Assembly (NCBI GenBank): GCA_017520845.1
Contig: JAFXEU010000082.1
Location: 1,483-65,482, forward strand
Direction of reading: 5' to 3'
Origin: Kiritimatiellia bacterium
Lineage (GTDB): Bacteria; Verrucomicrobiota; Kiritimatiellia; RFP12; UBA1067
DNA length: 64,000 bases
The notes beneath the pieces were generated by a model, which was not told where the DNA came from, did not search any database, and saw only the letters and a list, made by a program, of their open reading frames with translations. Position 1 is the stretch's first letter. Each line of letters starts with the position of its first letter. Below are positions 27,713 through 35,710 of this stretch, in pieces. The position numbers were made by a program, and so were the translations under genes.

Positions 27713-30700
27713 ATGAGAATCGGGAAATTAGCGTTTTTGTTGGCGATTTCTGCCAATGTATTCATCCCTGCTGCGCGTGCGGCCGTATACCGCGTTTCGC
27801 CTGATGCGGCTGATTCGTCGTCCGGCGCGAGCTGGAGTGAGGCGACTACATTGTCGGATGCGCTTTCAAGAGCGAAAAGCGGCGACGAAGTCTGGCTCAA
27901 AAGCGGTCAGTATACGTTCTCGACAACTTTAGGCGTCGGAGCCGTTGTCTCGACGGACGCTAAAATCCGCGGCGGATTCGCCGGAACAGAGTCGTCCGCT
28001 TCCGAACGCACGTTTTCCGATTCTACCGTCCTAAAAGGCGCCGTTACCAACCTTTTGGTAAATGCGCCTTCGGGTCTTGTCGAAATCGACCACATCACCG
28101 TCAAAGGCGCGAAAGGGCATGGAATATTCAAGAAAGGAGCCGCTTCGCTCGCGCTTTCTTATGTAAATTCCGAGGAGAACGGAATTGTCGAGACGTCGGT
28201 GAACGTCGACTATTCCACCGACGGCCGCGGCGGATTCTTCACGGGCGACGCAACGTCTAGCGAACTCACCCTCGACCACTGCGTATTCCGCGGCAACCGC
28301 GAATGGCGTCCGGGAGGCTTCGCCACCTTCAATATCGATGGCAAGGCCAAGACGACCGGCATCGGCCTTATCGCCAAAAACTTCAAGCGCGTATATATGA
28401 CCGATTGTCTTATGGTCGGTAACGGCCTCAGGCAGCAGGACAAAATAGGCGGCGGTATTGCTGCCATGGTAAGCCCGCCTGGGGAAAATCGGCCTACGCA
28501 AAGTGTATTCTACTTCGAGAATGCCCCGCTTACGGCGACGAGGGTTAGATTTATAGGTAATCGTACGGGAGCTTCGGGCACTCGCGGCGGGCGTCTTACT
28601 TATATTAAGGGCGGAAATGGTTCTTCCTTCGTCGATTGCGTATGGGCCGCGAACGATTTCGTGTGCGCCAAGCCCAAAACCTACACGAGTCCGTCCGGGT
28701 ACAACCAGTGCGGTTCTCTCGTCTTGGACCTCGGCTCGCAGACGGCTACGGCGACCATTTCCGGATGTACTTTCGCGTATAACGTCTCCGGCCTTGGCTG
28801 GACGGCGGGACTGAACGTTGAACAGGGTAAGGTGACCGTCGACAAAAGCGTCTTTTTTGGGAATGTCATAAGCTCCTATTTCGGCAGATTCGCCGATTTG
28901 CACGTATGTTACCGAGGCAGCTGCACTGTTAGCGATTCCGTTTTCAGAGGGCGCGGCGGAATGTATTTTGATGACTCGAATACACGTTTGACGATAGACG
29001 AGAGTTGTCGCTACGGCGATCCTGATTTCAAGACTACGCCTCAGGAATTTATTTCTAAATATGTCACTTTGGGCGTAGGTGTAGATGGCAATGACAATGC
29101 GACAACGATGTCGCTTACTGATGAATCGTTTCCGTTTGTCGAGAAGAAAGCCTCATTCCCTACGGGGGGGTATTGGAACGGATTTACCTTTTGGGTAACA
29201 AACGATTCCAATGTCGAGGCGATCGACTTGACGCGCGGCGAGTTTAAGCCGATTGCCCAGAGTGAACCGGAGGCTCCTGACACAAGTTGCGATTGGGCGC
29301 GCAAGACGCTTGGCGTTGAACCCGTCCAGACGTACTACATGCCCAACACCTTCATGCCATACGAAACGATCGGCTGCCAGAGCATCAGCGGGCACAAAGT
29401 CTTCTGGTTCAACCACACGTACGACCCGGACTGGGGCGGGGTCTATCCCGAACAGGAAGACCGTTTCGCTCTTGCAAAGCCCTCCGACGGCGACAATCCC
29501 GGCCGTCCGCTTCTCGTGGTGCTGCATTCGCGCGGCGGCGGTAAGTCCGGCGCGGAAGGAACGATCGGCTCGCTTGGCAATTCGGACAGCGTCGCATATT
29601 GTCCGCCGGAGTTCTACGGGCTTGTTCTCGATTGTATGGGCGATGTCGGAAAGAAAGACAGAGACTATACCGTGCTCAACGATTTCTGGTGGGGGGCAAT
29701 GCCGCCGGGAACAACGGCCAATGGAAACGCCGGTCATGCTATGGGTGGGTCATATTGGACATTTATTTACGGAACGCTTATGGGAGAGCTTTTTGACGGT
29801 CCGACCAAGGATCCGTGGAAGAACGCGATCCATCCCGTTGAAACTTGTTTACAGTGGCTTTCTCGCGGCGAGCCGCCCGCGTCGAAGCGCGTGATGGATA
29901 CGATTGAATGGGTCGTCAGAAAATATAAGATCGACCGTAACCGTATTTATCTTTGCGGCAATTCAATGGGCGGTCAGGGTTCTCTCGGTATCGGGCTTCC
30001 GCACGGTGAGGTTTTTGCCGCCATAAACGGAAATGTTCCCGCCACCATCTGGTATGCGGCCAAGCGCATGGGGTTCGTCGATAACAACGGCAACGATGTG
30101 TCCTTCGAGGATTATCAGGTGCCCGCCTACGACCCTCCGTTCCTTCTCGACTGGTCAGGCTCAGATGATGCCTGGAGTCGTGATCACGATGTCCTGTATC
30201 GTAACATGTCGCGCTTCAAATTCGGCATGATCGGCTGGTGGGGCGACTACGGACATTGCGGCGGCAAGAAGAGCGCACGAGAGAAGAATGATCTCGTCGA
30301 GCAATTCCCGTGGCTTGAAATCCGCAAGAACGAGGCTTATCCCGTTTTCACGGCGGCCTCTACCGACGATCAACTTCCTTGGCCGCAGGTCAGCTGGTAC
30401 GATACCGGAAATGTCATTATTGAAAACGGCATCGAAAAGGTCGATGCCGGGCTTGTGCCGCGTCTCGGGTGTGATACGAACGGACAGGTAAACGCCTGGT
30501 TCCGCTGGGATGTCAAGGCCGACACGCCGGAAACATTTGAAATCGACCTTAAAATCGCAAATTCCGATGAGGTCGCGTCGACTCAGTTTACCCGTCCGAC
30601 CGTATCGGTGGTGGATGTTACGCCTCGCCGCTTGCAGGCTTTCAAGCCGACGACCGGTAAGGTGCGCTGGACCTACGGAACTCAGACCGGCGTCGTCGCC

Positions 30701-33700
30701 AAGGACGCCAAGCTCGGCGTATATACAATTCCGCAGATCCCGGTTTCGCAGACGCCTACGACTCTTAAGCTGGTCGCTGTTCCTGCCGACACGCCCGTAG
30801 GTCGGGAAGAAGCGGACAATGTGGCGATTCCTCCTTCTGCGCCTGCAGCGGTGATTTACGATGGAACGCTCAAGACAGCGGAACTTTCGGGGGGTGTAAA
30901 CTGCATCGTTTCCGGAAACACCGGTTGGACGGATGCCGGCGAGTATACGATTACATGCTCACCGAATGAAGGTTTTGTATGGGTCGACGGCACCTCTGAA
31001 CCGAAAAGTTACAAATTTGTAATTTCAAAGGCCGCGAATTCTTGGTTGCGCGAGCCTTCCATTTCAGCTACCGGTTGGGAGGCGGGAAAATGCAGTACCG
31101 TTGTTGATGAGGGCGAGGCGTCTTTCGGTACGGTAGCGGCAAGTTATAGTACTGAGCAATTGGCGACTCTGGAGGCTGGGAATTACGAGATTACATTCTC
31201 TGTAGCCGAGACTAAAAATTACACTGGACTTGAAAAGCGCATACCTTTTAGCGTATCCGTATCCCAGCCACCCACCGATGACGGAGAGGATCCGGAGGAG
31301 CCGGAGGATCCAAGCCCCGCGATGATGGTCTCGCTGACCTTCGATGACGGTTATGGCAGCCATTATTCCGTTGTTGCGCCTGCGCTCGAGAAGTACGGCT
31401 ATCGCGGTACGTTTAACATTATTGTCAATCAGACGGGCCGTTCGCGCAGCGGGGCGACGATGGATTGGGCGAAAGTCGCCGAACTGGCTGCACGCGGGCA
31501 CGAGATAGCACTCCATTCGAAGTCGCATCCCGAGTCTCTTTTAGAGGGTTGGAATCCCAAGCCGGAATCGGTCCTGCGCTATGAGATGGATCTGGGACAG
31601 CAGCAGATCTCGCAGAAGATCGGAGTGCCTTGCCGCATTTTCTGCTTTCCGGGCAATCATGTCGGGAAGAACGGAGAACTTGAATCGCGCGCCAATCTGG
31701 CCGGTATGCTAGACGAGACGCCGAACCGCGCCTGGCCAGGGACGGGGGATTTCAAGGCTTGGTTCCAGAGCCTGTCGAAGAGCGGGACTAAGTCGATCAC
31801 GCTGATGTTTCACGGATGCAATAGCGACTCAGGCTACCAGGATCTTACCAAGGAACAGTTTGAGGAATTTGCAAAAACGCTGAAGGAGTGTGAGGACGAG
31901 GGGCTTATTAAGGTCGTCAGCTATTGGGAGGCTGGCGCTCTGAAAGGTGACTTGTCGGCCGTAGCCGTACCGTTCGTGCCGCATGTCTTTTATGATGGGA
32001 CTGTCCGTTCCCCCGTCGTGCGTCTTGACGGTTGCGTGATGGAGCCTTTCGCCGGTGCGACAGACGCGGGCGAATACGAGCTTTCCTTCTCGTTGGCGGA
32101 TCCCGACAAGCATTGGGTCGGCGGCGGAAGCGGCGTGAAAAAGGCTACCTTCATCATCGAGAAGAGCGACGTCTGGCTGGACGCTCCTAAGTTGAGCCGC
32201 TCGCGTTTCGCAGCGAACGGCGAGCTCCCCACGCTCAACGCATTCGTTCCCTCCGAGGGAGTGACGGCAACGCTTGACGGCCAGCCGTTCGATTGGAAGA
32301 GCGGTGTGCTTGCGAACACTGTCGGTGAGCATACGCTTGTATTCACTGCCCCGGAGAGCAAGAACTTCACCGCGTTGACCCACGAACTTACGTATGTTGT
32401 TACGGCGACGGACGAGTCGCTTGACTGGGTTGAGACGGATGGCGCGTCGTATTTCGATCCGCAGGTGTGGCCAGGCTCAAATACGACGGTTACCGTCGAG
32501 TACGCCACCGATACGCTTCCGACTGAAAAGTATCCTGCGACGGTTTTTGGCTCTCACGGATGGGACGAGACGTATTTTCGTTTCGTGCAGAAGGCTGACG
32601 GAGCGACAGAGGCGGACTGGGGCGGCACGAGCGAGCGTGTCCTTCAGATTCCCCTTGATCGCCAATGGCATACGCTGACGATGGGCGCGAACGGCCTTTC
32701 GCGCGACGGAGCGACGTTCGCTTCGTTCACGTCGGACTGGTTCGGCGATTCGACGAATCTCCTCTTCGGCGCGGACAATCTCGGCTGGGACAACGACATT
32801 GCCAACGGGAGCGTGCGCTCGCTTTCATTCGGGCGCATTCGCTACCGTTCGATTGAAGTACGCGAACGCGGTGTTCTCGTGCGCTCGCTCCGTCCTCTTC
32901 GGATTGGCGGCGAAGCTGGACTTTGGGACGACGTCGAGGCCCGGTTCTACGGTAACGCCTTTTCGTCAGGAACGATTCTCGGCAGCGACGAGTATCAGCC
33001 CGTCTATGCGCCTTACGACGGCGAGGTTTCGGTCGTTTCAGGCAATAAGTCCACTGTCGAGGGGCAGACTCTCCTGACGTTCGTCGATCCTTCGGCGATG
33101 GGGCATTTCACGCTTACAAAGCCGGCGATAGCCTGGATTCTTGCGGTTGGCGGCGGCGGTAGCGGCGCGGTCGAGGCTGGGCATGGTCGGTCCGGCGGAG
33201 GAGATGGCGGCGCCTTCGTCGAGCGTAAGGCGGTCTCCCTTGAGGCGGGAACCTACGATGTTGTCGTCGGTGCCGGCGGTGCGGCAGTGCAGGCCGTCTG
33301 GGCAACTGATGTCCCCAGTAATAACGGCGAGCCGTCTTCCGTGTCCATGGCGGGTGAGACGTCCGCGCCGATTATCACCGCCCCGGGCGGCGTCGGCGGC
33401 AGGCAGGGAAGCTCGATCTTGAACTCCGGCAATGGCGGCAATGGCGCGGGACAGGCGGGCTTGGCGGGATCCTATGAAGTCGGCGGTAACGGCGGCTACG
33501 GCGAGGAGTCTGCAATTACCGGCACGGTTGTCACGTACGCCGCAGGCGGCGGCGGTTCGGGGATGACCACGGCCGGGCGCGGCGGCGTCGGCGGCGGCGG
33601 AAATGCCGCCACTCCAAACGGCGGCGACGGCGCAGCAGGTGAGGACGGTAAGGGCTCCGGCGGAGGAGCGGCCTCAAAGTCCAATCAATATTCCGGCAAG

Positions 33701-35605
33701 GGTGGCAACGGTGTCGTTTATGTGCGCATTCTCGGTCTGGATGCGGACACGCCTCAGTCGCCAGATCCGTCGACTCCGGAAATAACGCAGATAGCATTAC
33801 CCTCTGCCGTTTCTGGCCTTGTGTACACAGGTCAGGAGCAGGTTGGCGTTCTCCCCGGTGACGGCTACGAAGTTACAGGAAATACGGCAGTTGATGCCGG
33901 CACTTATGAGGCAACGGTGGTATTGTCAAATCCTGAAGGAACACAGTGGGCAGATGCCGGTGCCAATGAGCGTAAGATTTCGTGGTTCATCGCTCAGGCT
34001 CTTAACGAATGGACTCGACCGGCCGCTATTACCGAGACGGAATGGACTTTAGGCAGTTCAGCCGGGGTTGTTACATCACCGCTTGCGCGTTTCGGCGAGG
34101 TGACGGCTACTTTGAACGGCGAACCCTGGGATGGTGAAATGCCGGTAGCAAAAGGCTCTTATACATTGCAATGGACTGTGGCCGCTTCTAAAAACTGGAC
34201 GGAACTTTCGAAATCGCTCACGTTTGCGATTGTAGATAAGCCGGCAGTGGTTGAAGGGGATGCCGAAGTTTCAGCAATTGAAAACACCTTCGCCAAATAC
34301 AGGGATGGAGGTGATCTCGTGCTCGTATTCTCGAATACGACGGCTGTATCGTCGTTTACTCTTGCCTCTTCCGCGTCAGCGCGTATTCTTGTTGTCGGTG
34401 GCGGCGGAGCAGGCGGCTGTCAGGGCGGCAACGGCCGTGCGGCCGGCGGCGGTGCCGGCGGCTTTCTTGAAATGGCCGATGTCGTTTTCACGCCTGGAAC
34501 TTATGACGTTACGGTGGGTGCGGGCGGCTCGAGTGTAAATAATACCGGATCGATCGTGGGCGGTAGCGGCGGCGATTCGTCGATAACGAAAGGCGGCGAC
34601 TGCATAGCGCTTGCCTACGGCGGCGGAGGAGGAGGCGCGGAAGGGAAGCCTGGCGCGGCCGGCGGCAGCGGCGGAGGCGGCGGCGGGTGCGGCGGCTGGA
34701 CTTCTTATTCTTCTCCCGGAGCCGCGACGCAGGCTGGTTCCCCGTTCGAGGGGTATGGCAATGCAGGCGGTGCAACCAGCATAGCGAATGCAGGATCTGG
34801 CGGCGGCGGCGCAGGCAAGCCCGGAGCGAGCGTGGGCTATCAAGCCACGCAGGGCGGAGACGGCGGCGAGGGCAGGTTGAGCGACATAACAGGAGAGAGC
34901 GTTTGCTATGCAGGCGGCGGTGGAGGAGCTGGTTCGACGGCAGGCGGTGTCGGCGGACTTGGCGGCGGCGGCTCCGGTTCCGCGGGGGCTTACGCCGCCG
35001 GTCGGGCGGGTGCTGACGGTCTCGGCGGCGGCGGCGGCGGGTGCGGCGGCGGAAACCACGGCTACTTGTCTGGGAAAGGCGGGAGCGGCGTCGTGATAGT
35101 TCGCCTCACGTTTGTGGGCGGCGGCGAGCCGGAGACGCTTCCAAAACCGCAGGTAGACGGCGTCGATGTCGAGCCTGGCAAGCTCGCTGAAGAAGCCAAG
35201 AGCGGAATGGAAATCGTAATCCCGCAAGGATCCAAAGTCTCTATTGATCCTGAAACCGGAAGTGTGACGCTTGACGGATCGGTTGTTTGCACCTTCCCCG
35301 GCTATTATACGGTGAAAGTGTCCGATTCCTCCACAGGCGGAGCGCAAGTGGTCGCGCTTGAACTTAATGAAAGTGCCCGGCCTTCCATATTGGATGTAAT
35401 GCTCGACAACGGAGAATTTTGTATAACGGTTCCTGATACTATTTCAGGGTTGTTTTACTCGCTTGAATACAAGCGTTTGCTCAATGCTCCCTCATGGGAT
35501 AAGATTGATGTGCCTATTCAGTCGACGGGTGAAGCCAAAATGGTATTGCGGGCGAAGGCTCAGGATGATTCTGGGTTCTACCGCGTTAGCGTGAGCGACA
35601 GGTAA
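27713..35605 (+). CDS. giant (2630 aa) secreted multidomain protein: beta-helix + alpha/beta-hydrolase esterase + Ig/MBG-like repeats + CE4 deacetylase + jelly-roll + 2 Gly-rich modules
   Basis: Starts 17 nt after the previous stop. Signal ..IPAARA|AVYRV. The beta-helix N-cap is SWSEATTLSDALSRAKSGDEVWLKSGQYTF. Esterase motifs are LLVVLHSRGGG (29522-42) and GNSMGG (29957-74). CE4 motifs are SLTFDDG (TFDDG 31337-51) and HEIALHSKSH. Gly-rich modules start WILAVGGGGSG (about 33133) and RILVVGGGGAGG (about 34381), and each ends GKGG.GVV.VR. Confidence 0.9.
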   Translation: MRIGKLAFLLAISANVFIPAARAAVYRVSPDAADSSSGASWSEATTLSDALSRAKSGDEVWLKSGQYTFSTTLGVGAVVSTDAKIRGGFAGTESSASERTFSDSTVLKGAVTNLLVNAPSGLVEIDHITVKGAKGHGIFKKGAASLALSYVNSEENGIVETSVNVDYSTDGRGGFFTGDATSSELTLDHCVFRGNREWRPGGFATFNIDGKAKTTGIGLIAKNFKRVYMTDCLMVGNGLRQQDKIGGGIAAMVSPPGENRPTQSVFYFENAPLTATRVRFIGNRTGASGTRGGRLTYIKGGNGSSFVDCVWAANDFVCAKPKTYTSPSGYNQCGSLVLDLGSQTATATISGCTFAYNVSGLGWTAGLNVEQGKVTVDKSVFFGNVISSYFGRFADLHVCYRGSCTVSDSVFRGRGGMYFDDSNTRLTIDESCRYGDPDFKTTPQEFISKYVTLGVGVDGNDNATTMSLTDESFPFVEKKASFPTGGYWNGFTFWVTNDSNVEAIDLTRGEFKPIAQSEPEAPDTSCDWARKTLGVEPVQTYYMPNTFMPYETIGCQSISGHKVFWFNHTYDPDWGGVYPEQEDRFALAKPSDGDNPGRPLLVVLHSRGGGKSGAEGTIGSLGNSDSVAYCPPEFYGLVLDCMGDVGKKDRDYTVLNDFWWGAMPPGTTANGNAGHAMGGSYWTFIYGTLMGELFDGPTKDPWKNAIHPVETCLQWLSRGEPPASKRVMDTIEWVVRKYKIDRNRIYLCGNSMGGQGSLGIGLPHGEVFAAINGNVPATIWYAAKRMGFVDNNGNDVSFEDYQVPAYDPPFLLDWSGSDDAWSRDHDVLYRNMSRFKFGMIGWWGDYGHCGGKKSAREKNDLVEQFPWLEIRKNEAYPVFTAASTDDQLPWPQVSWYDTGNVIIENGIEKVDAGLVPRLGCDTNGQVNAWFRWDVKADTPETFEIDLKIANSDEVASTQFTRPTVSVVDVTPRRLQAFKPTTGKVRWTYGTQTGVVAKDAKLGVYTIPQIPVSQTPTTLKLVAVPADTPVGREEADNVAIPPSAPAAVIYDGTLKTAELSGGVNCIVSGNTGWTDAGEYTITCSPNEGFVWVDGTSEPKSYKFVISKAANSWLREPSISATGWEAGKCSTVVDEGEASFGTVAASYSTEQLATLEAGNYEITFSVAETKNYTGLEKRIPFSVSVSQPPTDDGEDPEEPEDPSPAMMVSLTFDDGYGSHYSVVAPALEKYGYRGTFNIIVNQTGRSRSGATMDWAKVAELAARGHEIALHSKSHPESLLEGWNPKPESVLRYEMDLGQQQISQKIGVPCRIFCFPGNHVGKNGELESRANLAGMLDETPNRAWPGTGDFKAWFQSLSKSGTKSITLMFHGCNSDSGYQDLTKEQFEEFAKTLKECEDEGLIKVVSYWEAGALKGDLSAVAVPFVPHVFYDGTVRSPVVRLDGCVMEPFAGATDAGEYELSFSLADPDKHWVGGGSGVKKATFIIEKSDVWLDAPKLSRSRFAANGELPTLNAFVPSEGVTATLDGQPFDWKSGVLANTVGEHTLVFTAPESKNFTALTHELTYVVTATDESLDWVETDGASYFDPQVWPGSNTTVTVEYATDTLPTEKYPATVFGSHGWDETYFRFVQKADGATEADWGGTSERVLQIPLDRQWHTLTMGANGLSRDGATFASFTSDWFGDSTNLLFGADNLGWDNDIANGSVRSLSFGRIRYRSIEVRERGVLVRSLRPLRIGGEAGLWDDVEARFYGNAFSSGTILGSDEYQPVYAPYDGEVSVVSGNKSTVEGQTLLTFVDPSAMGHFTLTKPAIAWILAVGGGGSGAVEAGHGRSGGGDGGAFVERKAVSLEAGTYDVVVGAGGAAVQAVWATDVPSNNGEPSSVSMAGETSAPIITAPGGVGGRQGSSILNSGNGGNGAGQAGLAGSYEVGGNGGYGEESAITGTVVTYAAGGGGSGMTTAGRGGVGGGGNAATPNGGDGAAGEDGKGSGGGAASKSNQYSGKGGNGVVYVRILGLDADTPQSPDPSTPEITQIALPSAVSGLVYTGQEQVGVLPGDGYEVTGNTAVDAGTYEATVVLSNPEGTQWADAGANERKISWFIAQALNEWTRPAAITETEWTLGSSAGVVTSPLARFGEVTATLNGEPWDGEMPVAKGSYTLQWTVAASKNWTELSKSLTFAIVDKPAVVEGDAEVSAIENTFAKYRDGGDLVLVFSNTTAVSSFTLASSASARILVVGGGGAGGCQGGNGRAAGGGAGGFLEMADVVFTPGTYDVTVGAGGSSVNNTGSIVGGSGGDSSITKGGDCIALAYGGGGGGAEGKPGAAGGSGGGGGGCGGWTSYSSPGAATQAGSPFEGYGNAGGATSIANAGSGGGGAGKPGASVGYQATQGGDGGEGRLSDITGESVCYAGGGGGAGSTAGGVGGLGGGGSGSAGAYAAGRAGADGLGGGGGGCGGGNHGYLSGKGGSGVVIVRLTFVGGGEPETLPKPQVDGVDVEPGKLAEEAKSGMEIVIPQGSKVSIDPETGSVTLDGSVVCTFPGYYTVKVSDSSTGGAQVVALELNESARPSILDVMLDNGEFCITVPDTISGLFYSLEYKRLLNAPSWDKIDVPIQSTGEAKMVLRAKAQDDSGFYRVSVSDR

Positions 35606-35607
35606 AA

Positions 35608-35645
35608 GGGCAGGGCGGCTTCGAGACGAAGCCGCCCTTTATGTT
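35608..35645 (+). terminator. rho-independent terminator
   Basis: GGGCGGCTTCG (35613-23) pairs with CGAAGCCGCCC (35627-37) around a 3-nt loop. It is followed by TTTATGTT, directly after stop 35603-05. Confidence 0.7.
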
Positions 35646-35659
35646 GGAATAAAACAATA

Positions 35660-35704
35660 CCCCTCAAAGGAGGGGGTTGTGCGGCAGGTTTGATTTGATA
35701 TAAT
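35660..35704 (+). promoter_or_regulatory. GC palindrome + -35 + extended -10 (promoter of GH2-like gene B)
   Basis: CCCCTC-AAAG-GAGGGG (35660-75), then TTGTGC (35677-82), 16 nt, then TGaTATAAT (35696-704). The ATG at 35711 is 6 nt after the -10. Confidence 0.55.
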
Positions 35705-35710
35705 TCAAAT

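Noticed and set aside
34376-35347. 323-aa minus-strand ORF, and many 60-110-aa ORFs in alternative frames over the Gly-rich modules (also 26703-27536 and 33114-33797).
   Set aside because: These are artefacts of GGC/GGT/GCG-rich repeat DNA, which leaves all frames open. The translations are poly-Ala/Arg/Pro. The + frame gives the coherent multidomain protein.
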